From contig RHPI01000890.1 in the NCBI GenBank assembly GCA_009103225.1, forward strand, positions 151,579 through 215,578: DNA of 64,000 nucleotides, in the 5' to 3' direction. Positions 25,301 through 37,124 of the stretch are shown here, in pieces. Under the pieces are notes generated by a model. The model had not been told where the DNA came from and did not search any database. It worked only from the letters and a program-made list of their open reading frames with translations. This DNA comes from Chlorokybus atmophyticus. Its lineage: Eukaryota > Plantae > Mesostigma and Chlorokybus algae. Numbering within the stretch: position 1 is the first letter of the stretch; each line of letters opens with the position of its first letter. Position numbers and translations under genes: made by a program.

Positions 25301-26730
25301 ACAGTTTACATGATAGTGCTTGAGTACATTGCTGCCGCTGTACATCAATGCTGCCGCTGTACATAAACATCTAGTCTCTGCACACTGTGCTTAGGTGGTC
25401 ACGTGTCGCGTCCTCAGTGTGGACACAGCAACCTACACCGTGCTCCTGAGTTCCAAGGGCGAAGTGCTGAGGGACAATGCAAGATGGGAGACGGCTATAT
25501 TTGGCAGAGATCCGTTCTACCGAAGGCCTCAAGATGCTGAGGTACCTGGACACATCTGTATATGATTGTGGTGCCATAGCTAACTTGTTGATATCGCAGG
25601 TCAAAAAGGAAGCCATCAAGAAGAAGAAACAAGGATTCCTTGCGCGATCCATCGTGCATCCATTGTTCAAGAACATATCTGTGCTGGAAGCCACGCAGGC
25701 TCTCAGCGACCGTGAGATTGGTGATGTTGTGTTGAGGCCGAGTACAAAGGGCGTGTCGCACTTATCGCTCACAATGAAGTTCTGGGACGGGATCTACTTT
25801 CATGTAGACATCAAAGAGGGAGGCAAGACTGGCAAGAGTCAGGCGGGCAACTTGCGGCTTGGCACCCCGCTTCAGATCCGGGATGAGTTTTATGACGACC
25901 TTGATGAGGTCCTGGCACGCTATGTTGAGCCGCTTGCAGCCAACATCAAGGAGATGCAAAGCCATCGTAAGTTCATGTCTGGAAGCAAACAGCAGATAGA
26001 CGATGCGCTGCGTGCGGAGAAGGCCGGGGCTCCGAGCAGCATCCCTTACCACTTTGGTGTGAGTTTCGAGCACTCAGGTGCGTTCATGCTTGGGTACATT
26101 GTGAACCAGACCCCAAGGCACGAGTACATCATCCCGAGCGACAAGGGCTTTCGCTTCCGCTCGCAAGACTTCACGTCCGTGGACAAGCTGCTCAGGTGGT
26201 TCAAGCAGAACTACCATCAGCCTCCGCCACAGCCCTCGCGCCCAGCACCGCAGCCACAAAGACCAGCTGAGCAGCCTCGGCCGCAACAACAACAACATTA
26301 CCAACAGCAGCCTGCTTGGGGTGCACCTCACCAACAACATCAACAACATCAACAACACCCACAACATCAAAACGGTGGTTGGGGTGCTGGCTGGGGAGGT
26401 GGTGGCGCAGCAGCAGCAGGAGCACCTCCACCCCCTCCAAGCGGGGGAGGTGGAGGCGGATGGGGTGCACACCCGCCGCCTCCACCACCCCAAGGAGGAG
26501 GAGGAGGAGGGTGGGCAAGCGGATGGGGCGGGGGAGGTCCTCAGCAACCGCCGAGATGGGGTGGAGGGGGAGGGGGAGGGGGAGGTGGTGGAGAGGGATA
26601 CCCTCCCCAACACGGTGCCAACGGCCAGCAAAGACAGGGTCAATGGGGTGGCGCTGATCATCATCAGCCTCCCCCACCACCCCCGCCTCCCGGTCCCCCT
26701 CCCCCTCACGCTTCTGGTGGCTGGAGGTAG
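19333..26730 (+). CDS. SPT6: Transcription elongation factor SPT6 (SPT6L-like, with Gly/Trp-rich tail); about 20 introns
   Basis: Acidic N-terminus, AQEIFGDV, DEVIRQTDIPERLQ, ARHMVVCELAAEP, RAIALGRYFQNPL, VGVDIN..LQFVSGLGPRKA, VLDDTRIHPESYDYAKKMA, S1-like exon, tandem SH2 region (RPSTKG..LTMKFWDG..EVLARYVEP). TAG at 26728-26730. Confidence 0.96.
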
Positions 26731-27204
26731 TAGCATTGTTGTAAGGCATCGCTCTGTACAGATAGTATTGAGTCTTACAACCTGAGTTTAGTTGTATGCC
26801 GATTCCTGTGTCTACTGGCTCAGCGATTCTGGATAATGGCTGGCTGTTGAGCCCCATGCCTTGTATGATGATCCGATGTGGCGGTGGTTGCCACTGCTGG
26901 TATTTCTTACGTTGGCATACCACCCACATCATCTTGAATAATTCAAATGTGCATGTGGAAGCATCAATGCTTTGCAGCCAGTGAACACATCTCAAGGAAG
27001 CTGGGCCGTATGCATTGTGCCACGTTGGTTCCAAGTCTGTATCATGCATGCAGGTGTGCAGCAGGGAAGGCAGTATCATTGGCAATGGACATGTACATAC
27101 AAGTGACATGCGGTCATACAGGGTGACATGCATATTCCGCACAATGGCTAATGCAGTCAGGCTATCTGGCAAGCGCGATTGGATATCATTGCTACTGATC
27201 TCCA

Positions 27205-28423
27205 TTACTCCAAGTCTGGTTTCTGACCAGTACTGATCTTGCCCTTGTACAACTCCTTGGTGGGCGACACCGGCGACAGCGGGCTTGTCGGTGAGGCCAC
27301 CTGCGGTGAGCCTACCTGACTTGCCTTGCGCAGCTTCCTCACGCCCTTGTCGGACACTATGCGTGAATTGCTCTGCGAAGCCAAGTGTGGTGAGTTGGCT
27401 ATACCCTACACAACAACCATACCACAGCATGTGGTTGCATTCTGGACCAGTGCAAGGTGATGAGGTGGAGACTCACCTTGACAGCGACGCGGTCGAGCAC
27501 GTCCCTGTCGTCTTCATCCGCAAAAGTATCCGGCAACCAGTCGTCCTCCAGCCCTCCCTGCGTGTATTGCAGTTGTTAGTGTGTGCGTGTGCATGTGCGA
27601 GTGCGTGCATGCGAGCACGCGAGCACCGCTTACAGCAATCTTATAACAGAAGCTGTTGCTCCCACCATGTCAAAGAGCCAACCGAACACACACCTGCTCC
27701 GTGCCAATGCGCACGCGGATGTTGTGGCTGAGCGTCGGCTCGTCTCCAACAGGAGAGGTGCTGTTGACATCCACAGCATCGTACATTCTGTGCGTGCCGT
27801 CAGTTGCGCCCGGCGGCAGGGACTCCATGATGCGCACGAGCTTGCGCTCGCACATCATCAAGACCTCCGGAGCGGCCTCATCGCCATAGCCGCCACTCGG
27901 CTGTAAGTCCAACATAATCAGTCCTGTTGTCCCACTTCAACAACGTACACAAAGCGATGCGCACACCTATTGACACATGCAGACGCTAGCACGCGCACAC
28001 GAGCGGACACACATGCACTTGCACAAGCGCGTGTGCTTCCAAGAACACACACGCATACATACGCACACGCGCAGGCACACACATATACTCACGCCCTCGC
28101 CTGCGCACGTACGCGCTCGCAACCACACGCGCACACACAAGCACGTGTACGCGTGTACCTGGTCGATCTTGATGAAGGTGAGCTTGTCTGCGAGGTGAAT
28201 GATTCCTGCTTTTGCGCGCACGAAGGTGCGTGCTGCGCGCTCGTACTTTGTGCGGCTGCGGTCGCAGTGCGCTGTGCTCTCCAACAGATGCGCCTCCACC
28301 TCGTCCACAGCACGACGACCACCCAGCCCGCCACCACTATACTTCACTTCCTCAACCTGCATGATGTTGACACCCTATTGTCAACCTCAATCACATAGCT
28401 TACTATGGGCACATGCATGCGTG

Positions 28424-28478
<55 letters not shown>

Positions 28479-29919
28479 CCTTGTTAAGCCGGGCTATGCG
28501 CTCTTCATTCAGAGAATCGATGCGTTGCTGCGCCGCGACTGTCATCTGCTTAAGTGACTGCAGCGTGTCCTCTTGCGTGGTGAACTTGGCTATCACCTGA
28601 CACGGCGACACACATGTTGGGATGTGGGGTACGTGGGTATGTGGGTATGTGGGTATGTCGTGTTTGTGGCTGACCTCGCCGATATCGCTGACGCCGGTAG
28701 CGTCTTTGATCTTGCGCAGCGCCTCTTCGAACGTGGTGATGCGCTTCTGCTCCTCCTCCACCGCGCGGTCGTTGTTCTCCGCTATCAGCGTGTTCGCCAC
28801 AACCGCCTGCTTCATCGCCGACTCCGCCTCCTCGGGCAAGTCGCCCATGGCCTAAACATATACCAATTGCCATGCTTGTGAGTCTCTGAATGTGCATATG
28901 TGGGTGGGTGGGTATACCAGTGTGTATGCATGCGCGTGTGTGCGTGCGTGCGAGTGCGTGCGAGTGCGGATGACGGGTGTGTACATCCGTGTGTATCTGT
29001 GTATGTGTTTGCGTGTATGCACGTATGTCCACAGGCATGCATGTGTCTGCGTACGTGCGTCAACACGCAACACCGCGATCGTGTGCACAACACCTCTAGC
29101 TGCATGTTGTGTCGGGTCTTCTCGCGCTGCATGTTGCGCGTGTGTACGTCCTGCCGCAGCTTCACGGAGTTGCGCCTGTCGGCGATATCCTTCTCGCGCT
29201 GGCTGCGCTCCGTCACAAGCGCGTTCGTGACCTGCAAGAGAGCGCGTATGTGCGTGTGCGCGTGCGCATGTGTTTTCACACAATGTTTGAAAGTGGGAAT
29301 GTGTGGCTCACCTTCATGAGCTCTGCCTTGGCGATCTCCTTGGCGTGGTTGGCGTCATGCGACATGAGTATCAGCTCGTGCAAGTCGTGCTCTTTGGCCT
29401 TCAGCGTCCTCTCTATCGCCGCCAACTGCCACACAACAACAGGAGTTCTTGTGCCTGTCTCATGCATCATGGCACCCACACACACGCACCTGCGCATGCA
29501 CACGCGCACACACGCACGCGTGAGCATGCACACAAGCAAAGACGCATGCACGCGTCAACACGCGCGGTTGTGCACATTTCACATGCGCACAACCATAGGC
29601 ACACATACACCCCCTACCCCCCACACACGTGCACACACACGCACTTCCACACCCACCCACTCACACAAACCTGGTTGTCGAATCCAACGCGTTCGTGGTG
29701 CAGACGTTTGACGATCTGTCCGTACGTGCGTCGTATGGCCTGCGCCTCGTTGAACTTGACCAGCGCCTTGTCCAGCCGGTTCTCCAGCATGCGGATGTGA
29801 CGAGACATCGGGCCGTCCTCCTCGACCATGGCAGCCTGAAACACCAACACACGAGAGTTATGCAACATGAATATTTTTCTGTTGCTCACCTCCACATCTA
29901 TAACAACACACCACCGCCG

Positions 29920-29975
<56 letters not shown>

Positions 29976-31442
29976 CACTGGAGCGGGTCCTCATCACCAT
30001 CGTTAATCAGGCATGCCACGTAGTGGTTTTAACATTCCTCTACCTTCACACTCCATTGCTTACAACATAGATTGCTCTGGCAGGTGGGAGTGGACATTAA
30101 TGCTGCTGCCGCACACAAGTGGCTCGCGGCTCCTTTGCAGTTTGTTTCCGGACTGGGGCCCAGAAAAGCCGCAGCGTTGCTGCGTGGGTTGCAGCGCAAT
30201 AACGGACGCTGCGACTCACGCAAGGAGTTGCTGATTGATCTTGGTCTTGGCAAGTGTGTGTTCGTAAACTGCGCTGCGGTGCTGCGGGTGCGCGGTAGCG
30301 GCCTGGCCGCCAATAATGACTTTGACGTCCTTGATGACACGCGCATCCACCCTGAGAGCTATGATTATGCCAAGAAGATGGCTTTTGATGCCGTCAATGA
30401 GGAGGGTGGTGATGAGGAGGACGAGGAAGAAGCCAAGGAGTTGGCAGTTGATCAGGTATGCACATCTTCGGATGCAGCTGTCTCCAAGCAATGGTGCTGC
30501 TCTTTGACTTGTATTACTTTTGTGCTACAGGCCATTATTTGACCGAATGCTGATTGCTCCGTGTTTTGTTAGGTCATATCTGATCCGGCACCTCTGGCCG
30601 AGCTCGATTTGGCAGCATATGCTGACCAGCTGGAAGCCATGGATAAGGGCAAGAAGCTGGCTACATTGGAGGACATCCGCCTGGAACTCACTCACCCGTA
30701 TCGCGACCCTCGACGGCCTTACGATCGCCCCAACCGCGACGAGGAGTTCTACATGTTGTGTGGTATGTTTCCAAATTACGTACGTGTGCCACATGTGTGC
30801 CATGATTGCCGTCATGGGGGTTGGCGTTGATGTTGCATACACACAGGTGAATCTCCCGAGTCACTGCGTCCTGGCAAGCTGCTTCAAGCGACAGTCGCCC
30901 GAACCATGCAGAATGATGTGTTTGTAAGGCTGGAAAACGGCATCAACGGCAAGATCAACATTCACGACTTGAGCGACCAGCGCGTGGACAGCACGTCGAN
31001 AGTGAGTGGGGTTGAAGCAGCGAGAGTGTAGGACAATGAGACAATGTGTGTGTATATGTCTGTGTGCGCACGCGCGCGTGTGTGTTGTGTGCGCGTGGGC
31101 ATGTCCGTGGATGTTCGTTAAGTGTCACCTGTATCGAGGCGAGTGTGGCGCGTAGCTCTCGGTTTTCGCGCTTGACGGCGGCGAGGGTGTCGCGGTTCTG
31201 CTTGATCGTCCACTGCGAAGCCTCCCAGCACGCCCTCCTGTCCCCCTCTGCACACACACACGCACACACACGCATAAGAGGGATATTGATTAGACCACAT
31301 CAACTGTGCAAGTATACCCTTTCCAGTCCAGCACAAGAGTTGGGGTCTTACCAAGCAGCTGGTACTTCTTCTGCAGCTCCTGCAGCTCCTCGTCCACCGC
31401 AATGTTGGCGGTGGACCGAGAGCGGCCCTCCCGGGCAAACAT
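27205..31442 (-). CDS. CCDC151: Outer dynein arm docking/assembly coiled-coil protein CCDC151/ODAD3 (ODA10-like); interrupted by a misplaced SPT6 copy, with one or more exons apparently missing
   Basis: LQKKYQLLEGDRRACWEASQWTIKQNR, IRMLENRLDKALVKFNEAQAIRRTY, FEEALRKIKDATGVSD, FTTQEDTL, VEEVKYSGG and AKAGIIHLADKL match the remembered CCDC151 motif order. (CA)n-rich introns. The penultimate exon junction was not resolved. Confidence 0.85.
29972..30999 (+). repeat. 1028-bp apparently identical copy of SPT6 segment 24206-25233
   Basis: Constant offset of 5766. ORF translations at 24247/30013, 24306/30072 and 24754/30520 are identical. Bounded by an (AG)n run on the left and an N at 31000. Confidence 0.95.
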
Positions 31443-31585
31443 CGTGCCCCCCCAACTCCGCAACCTTAGCCTCCTCTTCCTCCTCCTCGTACCCCTCCCT
31501 CTCCTCCTCGTCCTCCTCGTCCTCCTCGTCCTCGTCCTCCTTCCCCTTCGCCGCCGCCACCGGCGCTCACGTGAGGGACCGCCAG

Positions 31586-31606
31586 AACCCTAATTAAGAA
31601 CCCTAA
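31586..31606. promoter_or_regulatory. Two telo-box cores upstream of CCDC151
   Basis: AACCCTAA at 31586-31593 and 31599-31606, about 145-165 nt upstream of the ATG at 31442. Confidence 0.45.
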
Positions 31607-33596
31607 CCGGGACACTCTCTCCGCGTGTGGCCACGTCGCTAGCCTGCAAGGATGGCTTACGCACCGTCGGATTTGTAATATGCGCCATCTTGTGGCGGTA
31701 GTGTTCAAGACATGAGAGATGCACGCAGAGACATGTTGCATTGCAATTTAAGTTTACACTATGCTGGCTGGAGTGAGGTCCAACACATAATACTTGGCGA
31801 TTATGGATCCAACAAAGCTGAGACATGCATAGTTTGCTTCGCCTTCAATTAGGAACATTTAGGGTCCCTAGCACTTTTAGACTAGTAGAGACTCGCTACT
31901 GCAAATATCCTCATACCTGATAGCCTGAAAGACAAACCGTTCAGTGACCGATTTATCTGTAAGGCTACGTGGGTTGATATAATATGCTGACACTACTTAA
32001 ATCATGCTTATCTTTTAACTCGAGTGTATTGTTTGCTGCTTCTGCTGCTTCTTTAGCCCCATGTACAACTCACTTGTCTTGTACAGCGTGAACATAAGAG
32101 ACTAATGATGCGATATGCATTATGCAAAGTGCTTTCATATTGACAGCGTGAGCTTGCTGTATATTTAATTGCATCGATTGCGAAAATAACCATTGCTCAA
32201 GTGTCGTACATCTCATATACATTGATATACAGTAATAATTACATATCTGCAACATGCGTCTAATCAACTCCAACATTCACATTCACACCGACTTATTTAA
32301 ACTTACAAAACACATACCGATTATATATCATTACTTCATTGATGCTCACTGTTTGACAGTGATGCTGTTAAACCAAGGGATATTCAATTGAAGCCAGAGA
32401 AAGGCTTGCTGTACAAGCATTTACAAATGCCGTTTTCACTAGCCAATACGACTCGATGGTGGTCTTATATGTGTATCGATCGACAATACACGCAAGTTGT
32501 CTTGCAGTAATGCTATCGTAGCAACTTTACATGTTCAAAGAGCAATGGCAAGCACATTGACATATGCTCATGGTTGTGTCACCAACAATTGCAAGGTGCT
32601 TGCCAAGACTCAAGGCCAGTCTTATGAGCCTGCCATTGGTAACAGCTTTATGATGTATAATGCAACATGCAGTTGGTACATGATGAACTTGCATCCTCTC
32701 GCTCTTGAGCATTCGGCCCACTCATTCATCCGCCATGCATCTAAGCCAGAGTACCAACACCTTTCCCAGTCTAGCCCAGTGGCATTGGCGGTGGCGGCGA
32801 GGCGGGGGGCGGCGGTGGCACCCACCGAACATTGTTGAAGCACTTTGCTGGGGTAAGCGGCTGCACTGTGCGCAGGCATTGCCCTAGTCGTTGACCCTTA
32901 TGCCGGTCTAGCTTGCCACGTGTACTTTAGAGCACGAAGTGCATTCTTTCCTGACCTGTGGGTGGCAGCATTGCAGTTCACACAGCGCATGTGAGCTGCA
33001 GTGCTGCAACGTACAGCTAACAAGACATAGGAGTGCCGTCTGTGTAAGCTTCTGTAGCAGTCGCCCTGCCCACTCGGCTAGCCTCGCGCGAGGCTAGCCG
33101 ATTGGGCAGGGCGACTGCTACACTTCTCTGGGCATGTAGTGCCCTCAATGTTGACTGCATGCATGCTTAATCAATTACCCAACTACCTATCTCTTTGCAT
33201 GCTGCAGCAGGCCATAGGAACAGCCTTTTGTTATGGTGCTTGCGGCAGCAACAGCTGTGCTCAGCGCTTTGCCCGCCGCTTGGGCCAAGCAGCAGCGTAG
33301 CACTCCAGCTGTGTCCACCAACCCTTCCTCCCAGGCTTCAGCAGCTGAGCAGCAACGCAGCGCCTTCCTCGGCCGGCCTGTCAGCTTGCAACGGCAGGTC
33401 AGTCTGTGCTGAGGCTTTACGTTGGCTTTATTCGACATCAAGCAAGCTGTCTCACGTACAATAGGCAACTCTGTGCATGCAAGGGTAAAGTGGTTTGTTT
33501 TATGTTTGAATTGATTGACTTGCTCTTCATTCTGCCACACAGCAGACTGTCTTGCTAAGCACAAAGACAAGGCAAGTACTGCCAGCTGTCCGTGCC

Positions 33597-34700
33597 ATGG
33601 CTGCAAGCGTTGCCACAAAGTCGATGAAGGCGATTGGCCTGAAAGGTAAGATTGGAGTTGTATGCAGGTATACCTGTTTGTGACAAGCAGGGTGAGTGTA
33701 TTGAGAAGAAAAGAGCAGCTTCCACATTACATCAATAACAACAAGTTGTGCTACGATCATGCAGACAAGTCAAACAACACCGCCGCGGGTCTGGCGGTTA
33801 TGGATGTGCCTGTGCCCGAGCTGAAGCCTCTGGACATTCTTGTAAAAGTTTACGCAGTCTCGATCAACCCTGTGGACGCAAAATCCCGCGGCATGAAGTG
33901 AGTAAGCAAGCCAAGTTTTGATTTGAGCTATCTTACAGTTATCTAGATTGATGCGTTTCTGATTGTCCTGTGCTTGTATGGCACTGTGATTCAGCCCACC
34001 CGATGGTTATGACATCAAGATCACCGGCTTTGACTGCGCGGGAGTGGTTGAAAAGGTCGGGTCGGAAGCGTCCAAGTTCAAAGCGGGTGATCAAGTCTGG
34101 TTCTCTGGCGACCGCGTGCGGCAGGGAGCGGTAAGTTGGAATCTGTTAATGTGTGTTTACATGCGTCTGGAATAGGCGTGCGTGTGCAGATGTGCGCGTA
34201 AGTGCGTGCACATGCATGTGTTGAGATGCATATTGTTGATTGCTAGTTGTGTGTCAACGTGCTCATTCAACTTTGGTTCATTGCATGCGGCATCTGGAAA
34301 ACAAGTGTTGACTGTGCCTTGCTGGAATCTACTGGAATCTACTCCAGAACGCGGAGTTTGTTGCTGTGGATGAGCGCATTGCGTCCTTCAAGCCAAAGAA
34401 GCTCGACTGGGCGGAGGCAGCAGCCATGCCACTGGTGCTGATCACTGCTTGGGAAGCCTTCTTTGAGCAGCTGCATGCAGGTTGGTTGTTGCCCGCACTC
34501 ACACAACCACACATGCTGCCTCGTGGTTCACATGACACGTGTGCCCATGCATGCTGCAAGCACATATGTCCTGTCTTGCTGCAGAGAAGTATGATCCTAA
34601 GTCTGGCAAGAAGCAGCCAATCGCCCTCGTGCTCGGCGGCGCTGGTGGCGTAGGCTCCATGGGCATTCAAATTGCCAACAAGGCAAGGCAGATTGTTTGT

Positions 34701-34731
<31 letters not shown>

Positions 34732-35783
34732 CGTTGTTGTTATTGTTGTTGCTATTGCCCGCTGCTGCTGGTTTTATTGTTGCTGTATCTATGCACATGC
34801 TTGTATCGCGTTGCACAATGCCACTGGTAGCCCAACACCAACCCGTTTACAGTTGCTCAACTACACTGTGGTGGCTACCGCATCAAAGCCCGAGACCGAG
34901 GACTTTGCGCGCAAGTTTGGGGCGGATCACGTTATCAACCATCGCGAGCCGCTCAAGCCGCAGCTGGAAGCGCTCGGCTTGAAGGGCGCCGACTACATTA
35001 TCAACACGGCGGACCCGGACGGCAACCTGGACGAGCTGATTGAAGTGCTCAACCCCCTCGGAGGCGTGTGCAGGTATGGTGTGTTGAGCGCTTGCTGGCA
35101 ATCTCTTTCAACATACGAGCATTTGTGTACGTCCATTGATGGCATGTTCACAACGCACATTCACATGTGCGCGTGTGGGTGTGCGTGCATGCATGCATGC
35201 GTGCATGCGTGCATGTGTGCGTGCGCGCGCGCGTGTGTGGGTGCGTTCATGTGAGTGCATTTGCATGTGCGCATGGCTGTATGCGTGTCCGTACGCGTGT
35301 GTGCATGTGTAACTGCTCTTTGGAATGTGATGCTGCATATTGATGGCGCTGGTATAAACTCTATACTCGTATGCAGCATCTTGGCGCGTAAGAAGCCGAT
35401 TGAGTTGGCGAAGGCAATGCCATTTCGCAAGTCAATCACTTTTGAGTACATGTTTGCGCGGCCGTCGTTTGATCTGGAGCCCGAGAGACAGGGCCAGCTG
35501 CTGCAGGAGGCTGCGGACCTGTTCGATGCCGGCGTGCTGAAGTCCACACTGACCAAGACGCTCGACATGTGGACACAGGTACACATGCACGCGTACAGTG
35601 CGCTTGCAGGTGTGCACAGGTTGCTCTTGTAGTGTATGAATGCGTGTTGAGTATTATACTACTACTGCAGTAATCAAAGTATACACTCTAACATTCTTGT
35701 GCCTGCAGCTGGCAGATGCTCATGAGCTTGCTGAGTCGGGTCAGTTGCTGGGTAAAGTAGCTCTGGTGGCTATCAAGCCGTAA
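33597..35783 (+). CDS. Zinc-binding alcohol dehydrogenase / quinone-oxidoreductase-like MDR protein, bacterial-type subfamily; 8 exons
   Basis: MKAIGLK, ILVKVYAVSINPVDAK, ITGFDCAGVVEKVG..FKAGDQVWFSGD, NAEFVAVDERIASFKPKKLDWAEAAAMPLVLITAWE, LVLGGAGGVGSMGIQIA, FGADHVINHREPL, SITFEYMFAR, AHELAESGQLLGKVAL. Confidence 0.9.
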
Positions 35784-36348
35784 TATTTCAACGTTACTTG
35801 AGGGTATTCTCCAATATGCTGGCACTCAGCAATGGCGATCGGCATTTGCGGCTGCATTGCAATAGTGGCCACATTTTTGTACACACTTTGGCGAGTGCTT
35901 AATATACAACTGCTCCCTCCTATCACACATTACTGTTGGCAGTTGCCTGACACAAGTGAGCTGCGTGCTGAAACTCCTTTGCAATCATGTAGAGTAGAGC
36001 AGTTGTAGGCTAGGCATGGCGGTGGTGTTTTCAATCAAGTGCGCAGTGATATGTGTGTTTTGGGCTTTGCGCATAGAGTGTTATCATGGGTTCCTACACC
36101 CTTTGCGGTGTTGAATCGAGACGCGCGCACGCACGCACGCACAGAACTGACTGTGAGCCCGTGTGGTCAGGTAATTGACACTAACATGCATGTATGCATG
36201 TCTAATGGGGAGGTCTAGGGTAGTATAGCGTGTTAGGTAACAACAAGCAGTAGATGTTAGCCCGGTGGTTGCGTATGATCATCCTTGCAAGCTGTTTGAG
36301 TATGCGCTTGTGTGGTTATGCATCATGCATATACAAAGTTGCCCCAGA

Positions 36349-36856
<508 letters not shown>

Positions 36857-37124
36857 ACTGCACTTACAAGTGGTAGTTTGTGTGAGGTTTGAAGTCCTGA
36901 CCTGTTGACATTACAGTCCACGCAAACTCTCCTGTCAAAAGTACAATATGAAGAAATCACCCAATGCATTGCGCTACATGTGGCATGCCACACATATCAG
37001 CACACCCCTTTTGTACACTATAAAGTTACAATTACGCATGAGCAGGCAGTATGCATGGTTGATATAACTGCAATATGTCAATTTGATTGACATCAACATA
37101 CAATAACATACGTGTTCGAACTGT

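Noticed and set aside
26074-27430. Large minus-strand ORFs (220 and 409 aa)
   Set aside because: Antisense shadows of the GC-rich low-complexity SPT6 tail, with no recognisable domain.
31446-31560. Acidic Glu/Asp-coding stretch as an N-terminal extension of CCDC151
   Set aside because: It is out of frame with the ATG at 31442 and has an upstream stop and no ATG. A one-base error in the G7 run would join the frames but still give no start codon.
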